From: a virus
Strand: one strand, 5' to 3'
IMG/VR virus record: IMGVR_UViG_3300045988_183134
Coordinates: 1-64,000 of that record
DNA: 64,000 nt
The notes under the pieces were generated by a model. It was not told the DNA's origin and did not search any database. It saw nothing but the letters and a program-made list of their open reading frames with translations. Numbering within the stretch: the first letter of the stretch is position 1; each line of letters starts with the position of its first letter. Shown piece by piece: positions 34,256 to 43,021 of this stretch. The position numbers and the translations under genes are program-made.

Positions 34256-35689
34256 ATGACTGAAACAAAAGACATGTTTGAACAAATCAGCGCCATCTTA
34301 ACCGATAAGAAAGATAAGCCGTTTTCCTATGAGGAGCTTGCAGCAATGCTCAAAACTGACCCTGATGCCCTCAAAACCTTTGATGAGGTCTATAAGACAC
34401 AGGTTCTTGAAAGCGGAGAGCTGCATGAAAATATGCTCCAGTGGGATACAGCTACAGTCAAAGCAATTCTCGACAAAAAGGTCTACTTCCCACCGGAACT
34501 CAATTCGCTCATTGACCGCATCGTCACAGAACTGGTGCTTGAAACGCGTCTGTACATCTACAACGCGGAACGCGGTGGCTATTATGTGACATACTCTGCC
34601 AACCGCGACTTTATGACAGAGGTTACAAACGAGGAGTTGAAACGCTACCCCGAAGAACTCCGTCCGCAGCTCACCGGAAAGTTGATGAAGATTGACATTT
34701 CTGAGCCGTCGTACAAGGAACTGCTTCAAAACTACGCAGGCTACAAGAATGCAAAGAACGACAGCACAAAAATGTTCTACTACAACATGTTCCGTCAAGG
34801 TCTTGACATCCTCGACCTTGATGACTTCACTTATCAGATGCTTGAGATGAACCCCAACTCTATGGGCTTCTGGTTTCCTCCTCTGGTAGAGGGATTGTAC
34901 GGCAGCGCATTTTTCAAGGTTCCGGACACAAAAATTCTTCGCGTACCTATCACCATGCTGCAGCTTACCCGCCTTGGTTTCGAGACGTTGAATCCCGTTA
35001 CAAAGGAAATCGTGAACCGTTATTGCCAGAAAGTCTTCCATCTTGATGGATACGAAGACTATTTTATCAAAACGGGCACGTATTCTTCCAAATACGAATT
35101 CCGCAACGCTCATATCCATAACCCGAAGGAAATCAATGAGATGGGCGAGTATTTCTTGTTTTTGAATCATCTGACATGCTCGATGGCATCCCCTCTGAAC
35201 AATCGCTGCTTCTACGGCGCGAACACCACGAACGAGTGGGTCGTCAGAGAATACATCAAGGACAAAGAAAATAACCCCACCATCTACAACGGTTTGCCGC
35301 TGCACACTGAATATCGCGTGTTTGTGAATTTTGATACAAAGGAAATCCTTGGCGCAAGTCCTTATTGGCGCAGCGATGTTATGAAGAACGAATTCAAAAA
35401 AGTCAGCAGCCCACAGGAACGCCATGATTATGTTGTCTACAAGATGCATGAAGACATTCTGAACCAGCGTTACCACGAAAGCGTTCAAACTGTTCTGGCT
35501 GAGCTGAAGAAGGTTATTCCTCGCATTGAGTTGACAGGGCAGTGGAGCGTCGATGTAATGCGCAACGGCAATGATTACTACATCATTGATATGGCTCTTG
35601 CTGAGAATTCCGCTCTGAATGACTGCGTACCGAAAAATCTGCTTCGCGCTTATCCTCAGCAGTGGCTGCCGGGTGAATCGAACAGCTGA
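34256..35689 (+). CDS. ATP-grasp-fold protein (phage R2K-like) with an N-terminal extension
   Basis: AAGGAG RBS; FIKTGTYSSKYEF, VVREYI, EYRVFV, WSVDVM..G.DYYIIDMA..ENS pattern. Confidence 0.65.
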   Translation: MTETKDMFEQISAILTDKKDKPFSYEELAAMLKTDPDALKTFDEVYKTQVLESGELHENMLQWDTATVKAILDKKVYFPPELNSLIDRIVTELVLETRLYIYNAERGGYYVTYSANRDFMTEVTNEELKRYPEELRPQLTGKLMKIDISEPSYKELLQNYAGYKNAKNDSTKMFYYNMFRQGLDILDLDDFTYQMLEMNPNSMGFWFPPLVEGLYGSAFFKVPDTKILRVPITMLQLTRLGFETLNPVTKEIVNRYCQKVFHLDGYEDYFIKTGTYSSKYEFRNAHIHNPKEINEMGEYFLFLNHLTCSMASPLNNRCFYGANTTNEWVVREYIKDKENNPTIYNGLPLHTEYRVFVNFDTKEILGASPYWRSDVMKNEFKKVSSPQERHDYVVYKMHEDILNQRYHESVQTVLAELKKVIPRIELTGQWSVDVMRNGNDYYIIDMALAENSALNDCVPKNLLRAYPQQWLPGESNS

Positions 35690-35810
35690 TACTCCTAGAA
35701 CGAAACTTTGATTCGGGTTCTTTCAGCAAAAAGCGTAGGAACCAAAATCATACGAAATGATTGTGTTGACACATAAAAACAAGTATAATATATGCAAGGA
35801 AGTGATAATA

Positions 35811-36263
35811 ATGGTTCTGTATCATGGCAGCGATGTAATAGTCCGCAACCCTGAGGTCAGAAAAACAAGGTACGCCAAAGATTTTTCATGGGGATTCTAT
35901 TGCACTAGCAACTACGAACAAGCCGCTCGCTGGTCAAAAAAAGGCAGGTCTCGTGGTATTGTCAACGTGTTTGAATATACAGAATCTCCCATGCTAAATA
36001 TTAAGAAATTCCCCGAAATGAGTGATGAGTGGCTTGATTTTATTGCTATATGTCGCTCGGGCAAACATCATGACTATGATATTGTGGAAGGACCCATGGC
36101 GGATGACACCATTTGGAACTACGTCAACGACTTTCTAAGCGGTGATATTAGCCGTGAAGCTTTTTGGGCGTTGGCAAAATTCAAGCATCCCACGCATCAA
36201 ATCAGCTTTCACACGGAAGTCGCTTTGAAATGTCTCTCTTTTAAGGAGGCGATTGAAGTATGA
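35811..36263 (+). CDS. DUF3990-like protein (ADP-ribosyltransferase-fold candidate)
   Basis: LYHGS..V..P.......DFSWGFY.T....A..W .. DIVEGPMADD pattern recalled for DUF3990. Confidence 0.65.
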   Translation: MVLYHGSDVIVRNPEVRKTRYAKDFSWGFYCTSNYEQAARWSKKGRSRGIVNVFEYTESPMLNIKKFPEMSDEWLDFIAICRSGKHHDYDIVEGPMADDTIWNYVNDFLSGDISREAFWALAKFKHPTHQISFHTEVALKCLSFKEAIEV

Positions 36264-36709
36264 CTGAAACTGCAACCTACAGCAAAAACGATGTCTTTTA
36301 TACCTGCAGCCTGATTGAATATATCGGCCGCGTTACGAGGAATCATCGCAAGGATGTGGTTTCTGCTCTTGGCACAAACGGAGTCAAGGCAATTCTCGAC
36401 TCAGCGGATGTGTTTCACTGCCAGAGCTTTGAGCAATCTGCCGATGAAATTTGTGAGCTTTTTCCTGTGCCGGAAGGAACGTATGATACGGTGTCTAACT
36501 GCCACTACAAGGTTCCATCTTATACAGATATCGGAAAAGTGTACCAGCGCATCATCTTTGACTGTACTAGCACTCCTGGTGTCCAGGATGTAATTGATGT
36601 ATTTTCCTCGTTCATTAGCGATGACATCTCAGATTTTAATACTGCAACTTACTATTGTAATCCGAGCTATTTGTACCACTCATACAAGGCCGGAAAACTA
36701 CTGGATTGA
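36260..36709 (+). CDS. hypothetical protein, translationally coupled partner (DUF3791-like?)
   Basis: ATGA start/stop overlap with 35811-36263; 149 aa. Confidence 0.55.
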   Translation: MTETATYSKNDVFYTCSLIEYIGRVTRNHRKDVVSALGTNGVKAILDSADVFHCQSFEQSADEICELFPVPEGTYDTVSNCHYKVPSYTDIGKVYQRIIFDCTSTPGVQDVIDVFSSFISDDISDFNTATYYCNPSYLYHSYKAGKLLD

Positions 36710-36730
36710 TTTTCAAAAGCAATAGCAATC

Positions 36731-36770
36731 AAGACCACTGCCCCAAAAAGGGTGGTGGTCTTATTTTTTT
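36731..36770 (+). terminator. intrinsic terminator
   Basis: AAGACCAC..GTGGTCTT hairpin followed by ATTTTTTT. Confidence 0.7.
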
Positions 36771-36807
36771 GCACAATACTTACCATAAATTACCAGAAAG
36801 AAAAACA

Positions 36808-36835
36808 TTGTGCATCTGTGCGAATTGCATATAAT
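36808..36835 (+). promoter_or_regulatory. dyad-box promoter, family copy
   Basis: TTGTGC atct GTGCGAA ttgca TATAAT. Confidence 0.65.
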
Positions 36836-36947
36836 ACAAAATATAGAACGAAAGGCATCAAAAAACATCGTTGGTCGGGCAAAATCCGACCGAAAGGCTA
36901 GGGCGGGCTCAGTTTTGAACCTGCTCTTTCTTTTTATCGGAGGCTTT

Positions 36948-37475
36948 ATGTCAAACAAAGAAGAACGCATGAACCGCAATAAAAGCATCATCGAAGATTA
37001 CAAAAATAGAAAGCCGATTTTAGAAATCGCGAGGGAATATAATCTTTCAGAAACGATGTGCTACAAGATTCTAAAAGGTACGCAGGAGCCGCCTCGTTAT
37101 TTTGAAAAAAAGAGGAAGAGACTTACCACTCGAAATGAGCAAATTGTTAAACAGTATAAAGGCGGTATGACGGCCAGAGAATTGGGCAAGATGTACGGCA
37201 TTTCCATGCAGCGTATTTATGCAATCTTGCATTCGAGCGGAGAGTACGAAAGCCAAAAATACAATCATATTGAAACGGCTCTCAAAAAAGAGAAAAAGAT
37301 GCGGAACCAAACTTTTCTTGATGCTTACAAGAAAAATCCTCGAAAATCGATTATCGAGTTGAGCAGGGAGGTAAATATCAGCCCTTCACTAGGTTACCTT
37401 ATCCTTCATCAAAATGGGATTTACCAGTATAACGTAAAAGCCAGAGCTAAGGAGAATAGCGAAAATGCCGATTAA
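36948..37475 (+). CDS. tandem-HTH protein (3 repeats)
   Basis: GGAGG RBS; repeats ILEIAREYNLSETMCYKIL, ARELGKMYGISMQRIYAIL, IIELSREVNISPSLGYLIL. Confidence 0.7.
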   Translation: MSNKEERMNRNKSIIEDYKNRKPILEIAREYNLSETMCYKILKGTQEPPRYFEKKRKRLTTRNEQIVKQYKGGMTARELGKMYGISMQRIYAILHSSGEYESQKYNHIETALKKEKKMRNQTFLDAYKKNPRKSIIELSREVNISPSLGYLILHQNGIYQYNVKARAKENSENAD

Positions 37476-37983
37476 CAAGATTACCCACGTGTGTCTAACT
37501 CATGACAAAGTCAGGGCACGAAATGAAAAGATGCTGGAGGATGCCAAGAACGGTATGTCCCAGGAACAGCTGGCCGAAAAGTATCAAATCTGTGTTTCTA
37601 CTGTCCGATATAGTCTGAAGGACTTTTACGAAGAACAGGCCCGGCAGAGAAAAGCAAAGAAGAAAGCCTGGCAAACCCAGATGATTCATGAATATGAGAT
37701 GGGCGCAAAATCTCCGGAGCTTCAGGAAAAATACGGCATCAGTGGAACGCTCTTTTATCGGATTCTTCATGCGCACGGAAAGAATGGCCGACAAATCCAC
37801 AGCCAAAACCGTATCGAGACCGGCAAGAAAAGAAACGCCGAGATGGTCAGGAAATACAAGAACGGCGTTTCTGTCAAAGAGCTTGCGGAAGAATACGGGC
37901 TCAAAAAGGGAAGCGTATATCGCGCCATGAAGCGGTATAGTCCAGGCCCAGGGGAAAGTAAAAGTTGTCAAAGTGAGGAATAA
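37465..37983 (+). CDS. tandem-HTH protein (3 repeats)
   Basis: AAGGAG RBS; repeats QEQLAEKYQICVSTVRYSL, SPELQEKYGISGTLFYRIL, VKELAEEYGLKKGSVYRAM. Confidence 0.7.
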   Translation: MPINKITHVCLTHDKVRARNEKMLEDAKNGMSQEQLAEKYQICVSTVRYSLKDFYEEQARQRKAKKKAWQTQMIHEYEMGAKSPELQEKYGISGTLFYRILHAHGKNGRQIHSQNRIETGKKRNAEMVRKYKNGVSVKELAEEYGLKKGSVYRAMKRYSPGPGESKSCQSEE

Positions 37984-37987
37984 TTGC

Positions 37988-38941
37988 ATGGCTGCATCAA
38001 AGAAAGATGTTGCGAAGCAGCAGGTCAAAGAAGACCGCGAAAAGGTTCGGGAAATGTATCTTTCTGGCAAAACTGTCAAGGAAATCGCCAAGGAAACGTA
38101 TTTTTCAAGCTCTTATTGCTATGCCATGGTGAGAGACCTAGCAAAAGAAAAGAATCTTGCAAAGAAAGCAAAAAGAGCACCTCTCAACGAAGCTATGATT
38201 CAAGATGCGAAAGCCGGGATGACGGTTGCTGAAATCGCAAAGAAGCATGGCGTGACTTATCAGCAGTGCTACTATACTGTTTCTGAATACGCTCAAGCTA
38301 CGATTAAGAAGAACAAGAAAAAGCAGTCTGCTGCCACGAAAGTTCGCAATGCGGCTATGTTGGAAGATGCGAAAGCCGGAATGACTGATAAGGAAATCGC
38401 CAAAAAATACTTTTTGTCTCGAAGCAGTGTCCGTACCGTCCTTGCAGGGCATTTACATACAAATTCCAAAAAGTTGGATGAAAGGCGCAAGGCGATTCTT
38501 GCGGATTATGAGGCAGGAACGTCCTCAAAAGACATCTGTGAGAAATACGGTATTTCAAAATCCACTCTTTACAAGGACATGCGCCAAGTTGAAAAAACCT
38601 GTCAGGAATACTATCACAAGGCGCTGAAAGACAAGACCAATCAAAGGAATTCCGATATTCGAAGCAAAATCGAAAGAGGGGTCTCGGTCAGCACTATTGC
38701 CAAGGAATACGGAATCTCTAAAACGGCGATTTATGAAACGTTTCATCAGGAAAATGTCAGAGCTGGAATTTTACAGAAACGCGGCCGTCCGCGAAAAAAC
38801 ACGGAACGTAATGCACTGATTGCTAAACGCCACAGGGAAGGCGAGAAGGTGCAGGCGCTTGCCACTGAATATAATCTCTCTGTTTCGACGGTAAACACTA
38901 TTTGCAGTAGAAACAAAAATCAGAATATAACCTCATATTAA
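37988..38941 (+). CDS. tandem-HTH protein (6 repeats)
   Basis: GAGGAA RBS; six units of about 50 aa, e.g. VKEIAKETYFSSSYCYAMV and VSTIAKEYGISKTAIYETF. Confidence 0.7.
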   Translation: MAASKKDVAKQQVKEDREKVREMYLSGKTVKEIAKETYFSSSYCYAMVRDLAKEKNLAKKAKRAPLNEAMIQDAKAGMTVAEIAKKHGVTYQQCYYTVSEYAQATIKKNKKKQSAATKVRNAAMLEDAKAGMTDKEIAKKYFLSRSSVRTVLAGHLHTNSKKLDERRKAILADYEAGTSSKDICEKYGISKSTLYKDMRQVEKTCQEYYHKALKDKTNQRNSDIRSKIERGVSVSTIAKEYGISKTAIYETFHQENVRAGILQKRGRPRKNTERNALIAKRHREGEKVQALATEYNLSVSTVNTICSRNKNQNITSY

Positions 38942-38942
38942 C

Positions 38943-38973
38943 AGGCTGCCATTTGGCGGCCTATTTCTTTTTT
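38943..38973 (+). terminator. intrinsic terminator directly upstream of the next RBS
   Basis: AGGCTGCC-ATTT-GGCGGCCT followed by ATTTCTTTTTT. Confidence 0.6.
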
Positions 38974-38986
38974 AGGAGGAAATGAA

Positions 38987-39901
38987 ATGACAGACGACGT
39001 ACGTAATTTAATTCGATTTGTGGTGGATGGCGATATTCGTAACGCGCAGACTCAGTGCCGAATCATGCTTGAAAAGAATGTACCCGAAAAGGACGCCAGG
39101 TTCAAAGAAAACGAACTCAGAAAGTTGAATCTTCTGAAACCGGAACTGATTCAGCTGCCCGCCAACCTGGAAAACCTCTTGATTGCGGAGGATGCCACGA
39201 ATTTCCCTGAGAGCCGGTTCCTGCTCCGCGAGGAGGAAGAAACAGTCATCAACAAGCTCTTGGCCACCAGAAAAGCAGCTTTAGCCATCAAGGAGCTTGG
39301 CATCCACTATACTTGCTCTTTGCTTTTGACGGGCCTTCCTGGTGTTGGTAAGACTGAATTGGCCCGCTACATTGCACACAAGGCAAATTTACCGTTTGTT
39401 TTCCTGAAATTTTCTGGCCTTGTCAATTCTGCTCTTGGCCGGACACAGCAGAACATCGGCAGAGTGTTCGATTACGCAAAGCGCACGCCCTGCGTTCTTT
39501 GTGTTGATGAAATTGATGCTATCGGAATGTGCCGTGGCGGCCGTGATGACGTCGCTGAAATGAGCCGCGTCACCATCGCATTGATGCAGGAACTTGACCG
39601 GCTCCCGAATGACGTCATTCTCATTGGCACTACAAACCGCGTCGATAACCTTGACGAAGCCCTCATTCGCCGATTCACTTTCAAACACCGCGTCAAGCCT
39701 TTAGGCGACGATGACATGAAAGAACTGTGCAAAAAGTTCCTTGCTTCGGCAGACTATCCCTTCACGGAATCCGAACTCGACGAACTCTGCCATTCGCTGC
39801 GTGAACAGCGGACGGCCAGCGCCGTTGTCAATGCCTGTACAGAACGTATCGTTGCACATATCGTATCGCAGCTGCCTGAAAATTCGACAGATGCCGTGTA
39901 A
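38987..39901 (+). CDS. classical AAA+ ATPase
   Basis: GLPGVGKTELA Walker A, VLCVDEIDA Walker B, GTTNR sensor-1, EALIRRF arginine-finger region. Confidence 0.85.
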   Translation: MTDDVRNLIRFVVDGDIRNAQTQCRIMLEKNVPEKDARFKENELRKLNLLKPELIQLPANLENLLIAEDATNFPESRFLLREEEETVINKLLATRKAALAIKELGIHYTCSLLLTGLPGVGKTELARYIAHKANLPFVFLKFSGLVNSALGRTQQNIGRVFDYAKRTPCVLCVDEIDAIGMCRGGRDDVAEMSRVTIALMQELDRLPNDVILIGTTNRVDNLDEALIRRFTFKHRVKPLGDDDMKELCKKFLASADYPFTESELDELCHSLREQRTASAVVNACTERIVAHIVSQLPENSTDAV

Positions 39902-39905
39902 AAGT

Positions 39906-40604
39906 ATGATAGCCTGGGAAGAAAGCCCTCGTCAGTTTAAGATGTCAAAGCAACTCGATGAGGGAAAATTCGGAGAAGACTTGGCTCGCAAATTCCTTAA
40001 CGACCCGATTATCAAAGTGAATCATGGCATTAGCCATTACGATGACGTGACTCAGGATAAATCATATCAAGACAAAGATACCGATTTCATTGTCTGGAAG
40101 AAGAATGGTAAGACCTTTGGCCTGGAAGCGAAAGTGGACAGTCACAATACCGGAAATTTCTACCTGGAAACCTCGGTAGACTACTTCTCCATGGTGCCTG
40201 ACGCTCTGTACGAACAACGGGTGGCGCGGCGGTATCGGGATGGCATCGACCCTTTATGGCACACCCCGGGCTGGGTATACAGGAGTGGTGCGGACCAGAT
40301 TCTCTATTATTTCAGAACCACGCAGCTGCTTTACATTTTCTCCCGCGTTGATGTCTGGTTCTATGCTGAAAAGCTGATGCGCGGTGGAATCCATCTCGAC
40401 CCCGGAATCAGAAAGCCAAAAATGTATTCTGCCGAAAATATAAGTGAACGCAATGGTTCCACTCTCTTCTTTGCCAACGGCTTATGCGTGAACGCCGAGC
40501 AGACATACAAGGCTTTAGGAGCTCAAAAAAGAGTCATCAAATACCAGGTTGAAAACCCTGATTCAGACGTTCCAACGTTCAGCTTTTGCCCTTTCAAATT
40601 ATGA
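39906..40604 (+). CDS. PD-(D/E)xK-like nuclease candidate
   Basis: DKDTDFIVW...FGLEAKVD resembles D..ExK; start uncertain (39906 or 39942, no clear RBS). Confidence 0.5.
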   Translation: MIAWEESPRQFKMSKQLDEGKFGEDLARKFLNDPIIKVNHGISHYDDVTQDKSYQDKDTDFIVWKKNGKTFGLEAKVDSHNTGNFYLETSVDYFSMVPDALYEQRVARRYRDGIDPLWHTPGWVYRSGADQILYYFRTTQLLYIFSRVDVWFYAEKLMRGGIHLDPGIRKPKMYSAENISERNGSTLFFANGLCVNAEQTYKALGAQKRVIKYQVENPDSDVPTFSFCPFKL

Positions 40605-40684
40605 ATTTTTCGCTAACAATCGTCAAGAAATCACATTTCAGTTTATCGGAAGAGTATAATTGTAGTAGAAAGAGAGAAAAAAGC

Positions 40685-40894
40685 ATGAACCAAATCAACG
40701 TTGTCACGATTGGGAAACTCATTGAAGCGCATCGTGAAGGTGACGAGCAGAAGTTCAAAACTTACGTCGATTTTATTGTAAAAGCCTACGAAGAGCAGGA
40801 GAACGGCCGTGCCGCACGAATCATCCGAAGCAGCTATACGGGTGACTACGGTGAGCAGGGGAAAGTTGTTCTGGATGAAGCAAACGGACTCTGA
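40685..40894 (+). CDS. hypothetical protein
   Basis: 69-aa ORF from the ATG at 40685. Confidence 0.5.
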   Translation: MNQINVVTIGKLIEAHREGDEQKFKTYVDFIVKAYEEQENGRAARIIRSSYTGDYGEQGKVVLDEANGL

Positions 40895-41030
40895 GGAAGA
40901 GGCCCTGCAACAGCTGCAAAAGCACGCAGCAAACTATGCACAACGTATCACGATATATAAGATAGACGGTAGAACCGTGAAACGGGAAGTTGCCGAATAC
41001 GACCAGTGGGAAAAGAAGTGGATGAGTTAA
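40875..41030 (+). CDS. small hypothetical protein
   Basis: 51 aa, overlaps the previous gene end, GGGGAAAG upstream. Confidence 0.4.
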   Translation: MKQTDSEEEALQQLQKHAANYAQRITIYKIDGRTVKREVAEYDQWEKKWMS

Positions 41031-41032
41031 TC

Positions 41033-41509
41033 ATGAAGCACAAAATCTCGGAAACCGGCGCTCGGATGCTTAAATATCAAGAGCAGCTTGCCCGCGAATA
41101 CAAATACAAGCCTATTCCGCGTACCTTTTTCAAGGATGTGCGAGCAGAGTTCAAAGAAGCTCTGCCAGAATGGTGCAACGTATCCGGTGGTACGACCAAA
41201 CTCGAAACCAGTAACGGCACAGTCATTACCAGCGGGTACAACCGTATCGTGATTGGCGACTACGGCGCATTCGTTGAGTTTTCGCGTGCCCAAGCAAATG
41301 CACGTCATTTGAAAATCAAAGAGGGGCAGAGCTATCGTATCGAAGACCCGCGCTATGCTGAGCACGTCAAGTATCTTTGGCTCACGGCGGACGATGACTC
41401 AGACGTGAAAGTATACGACCAAAAGCGCTCGGTTGAGTACGCTGACTACAAGCCGGGGATGCTGTATGTCAGCGTGTACGAGGTGTTTCCGGCAGAAGAA
41501 GGTCACTGA
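41033..41509 (+). CDS. hypothetical protein
   Basis: 158-aa ORF from the ATG at 41033. Confidence 0.6.
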   Translation: MKHKISETGARMLKYQEQLAREYKYKPIPRTFFKDVRAEFKEALPEWCNVSGGTTKLETSNGTVITSGYNRIVIGDYGAFVEFSRAQANARHLKIKEGQSYRIEDPRYAEHVKYLWLTADDDSDVKVYDQKRSVEYADYKPGMLYVSVYEVFPAEEGH

Positions 41510-41657
41510 AAAGAAAGCCGAACCACGGGACGAATGGGGACAGGGTGATTCCATTGCCGACCTGTACGCGAAAAGTGGCGCTGTGGTTTCCATGGTAGGT
41601 TCGGCTAAAGATTTGCTGACTTCCCTGCAATCTGCCGGAACCACAAGACATTTGTGA
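41466..41657 (+). CDS. +1-frame overlapping small ORF
   Basis: 63 aa, GGGGA 8 nt upstream; the tail EWGQGDSIADLYAKSGAVVSMVGSAKDLL looks protein-like. Confidence 0.35.
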   Translation: MSACTRCFRQKKVTEKKAEPRDEWGQGDSIADLYAKSGAVVSMVGSAKDLLTSLQSAGTTRHL

Positions 41658-41736
41658 TGCGCTTGCCTCAACCACAAGATATAGTGGTATCTTAATGTTT
41701 GTTTACAATTTAGACACTATATATTGTGTCTTTTCA

Positions 41737-41765
41737 TTGACCGGATACCACATATATGGTATAAT
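41737..41765 (+). promoter_or_regulatory. strong sigma-A consensus promoter of the tRNA array
   Basis: TTGACC-17 nt-TATAAT with TGn extended -10; no GTGCGAA box. Confidence 0.7.
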
Positions 41766-42011
41766 ACAATTGTTCTCAGGAAGAGGAACGGCTCCTGAGA
41801 CATCAAGGTTTTCCTTTCCCCAATCTTGGTCGCATGGCTTCATTTGAGCTGACACAGGTGAAGCGTGAAAATCATCCGTTTCATAGTAATATCCTTCCTT
41901 TCTTTGGCGTGGGTAACTCCGCGCCAGCCGTCCAAGTAAACAGCCTCCACGCGGCGGACGGTGGACAACAGATGTTTCCGTGTTCCGGGCATCTGGCTAA
42001 TGTTTGTATTT
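41766..42011 (+). ncRNA. structured leader of the tRNA operon
   Basis: hairpins CTCAGGA..TCCTGAG, GCTTCA..TGAAGC and CCGTCC..GGACGG; no ORF. Confidence 0.35.
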
Positions 42012-42087
42012 GCTGGTTTAGCTCAGCTGGTAGAGCAACTGATTTGTAATCAGTCGGTCATCGGTTCAAGTCCGATTTCCAGCTCCA
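42012..42087 (+). tRNA. tRNA-Thr(TGT)
   Basis: hand-folded cloverleaf, loop TTTGTAA, CCA encoded; U.U mismatches at 6-67 and 7-66. Confidence 0.75.
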
Positions 42088-42560
42088 GACGCTATCCGTT
42101 GGATGTATCGAAATCACATGATACGATGCTATACACAACATCTGGCGGACAGCATGCCACCCATTAAGGCGGCCTCCTCGTGGCGGGTGGCGGACAGCGG
42201 CTCTTGCGGCTGCTGACGAATGTCTTAGAAGCATGCAAACGTACGAGCATCCCCGTCAAGTCGGGGCGCATCCAGACGCGACACAGCCGTAAAGGCGAGA
42301 TTGCTGCACGGCAACTGGTAAGTTTCGCCGCAGTCTCACACACAGCCCAACGACAACCGTTAACCCGATTTGACAGGGAATCAACGACAGGGCTCAAAAT
42401 TTGAAGTTGACCAACACCCAAGCGCTTTCTTGGATTCTCGCGTATCGTCAACGATGAGGTTCGCAAGATTGTCAGGTGGTGTGAAGATGACATCCGGGGA
42501 TGACGACCTACTAAACGGATGTCATGGCGGGGCTAAGTGAGGGTTCACCCGCAATCTTAT
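42088..42560 (+). ncRNA. 473-nt ORF-free structured spacer; candidate large ncRNA
   Basis: 10-bp stem ATGACATCCG..CGGATGTCAT, CCCCG-TCAAGT-CGGGG, several GNRA-type loops; only short, unsupported ORF-track entries (42164-42493 on the - strand, 42180-42404 on +). Confidence 0.35.
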
Positions 42561-42635
42561 GCAGGTATCGTATAACGGCTAATACTCCGCCCCTCCAAGG
42601 CGGAGACGCGGGTTCGACCCCCGCTACTTGCTCCA
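42561..42635 (+). tRNA. tRNA-Gly(TCC) with C33
   Basis: perfect CCGCC/GGCGG anticodon stem, loop CCTCCAA; D-arm TCGTATAACGGCTAATAC resembles Gly-UCC; discriminator U; CCA encoded. Confidence 0.75.
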
Positions 42636-42907
42636 CACGTCGCAGTCACCGTACGCCACGACGTTAAACTTGGTGAGCATGGTCCACTTGTGGTCCGCTG
42701 TCCGAATGTCGATGAGACAGCCTCAAAAATAATAGACAAACAGGTGCTGTGCCTGAAAGTATTCGAAAGTCCCGGTGTTAGTCGCGAATAAGACCGGAAA
42801 ACGGTGAATAGGGTACAATACAGAATCTATCGGCGTGGCTGCCGAATGGTGCTGGATGCGAGTTGGCTTCTCGCTCAAGGGGTGACCAGCATAAAACACC
42901 CTATCGT
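42636..42907 (+). ncRNA. 272-nt ORF-free spacer
   Basis: no credible ORF; GC-rich inverted repeats. Confidence 0.25.
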
Positions 42908-42983
42908 GCTCGATTAGCTCAGTTGGTAGAGCAGCGCATTCGTAACGCGCAGGTCGGCAGTTCGAACCTGCCATCAAGCCCCA
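42908..42983 (+). tRNA. tRNA-Thr(CGT)
   Basis: cloverleaf, loop TTCGTAA, anticodon arm GCGCATTCGTAACGCGC; one C.A acceptor mismatch; CCA encoded. Confidence 0.8.
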
Positions 42984-43021
42984 TTACCCAATGAAGCGAC
43001 AATAGAAAGGAGATGAAACTT

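Noticed and set aside
820-35488. Other long antisense ORFs (820-1599, 2416-3177, 4802-6028, 6680-7543, 8853-9479, 17642-18466, 25900-27024, 27822-28889, 33139-33912, 34298-35488, among others)
   Set aside because: Each lies opposite a + strand gene with an RBS and recognisable motifs. They lack RBSs, and their composition (Arg, His, Cys, Val rich) looks non-protein.
35766-35789. TTGACA-12 nt-TATAAT as a promoter for the DUF3990 pair
   Set aside because: A 12-nt spacer is incompatible with sigma-A geometry, and the GTGCGAA box is absent. The TATAAT alone may still act as an extended -10, but this is not supported.
42088-42560. tmRNA or a degenerate extra tRNA in the spacer
   Set aside because: There is no GGTTCGA-type T-arm with an acceptor/CCA end, and no tag-peptide reading frame with a resume codon.
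42561-42635. First reading of this tRNA as Trp(CCA)
   Set aside because: That reading requires a mismatched anticodon stem. The perfect CCGCC/GGCGG stem gives the loop CCUCCAA, which is Gly(UCC) with C33. The D-arm and the U73 discriminator also fit Gly.
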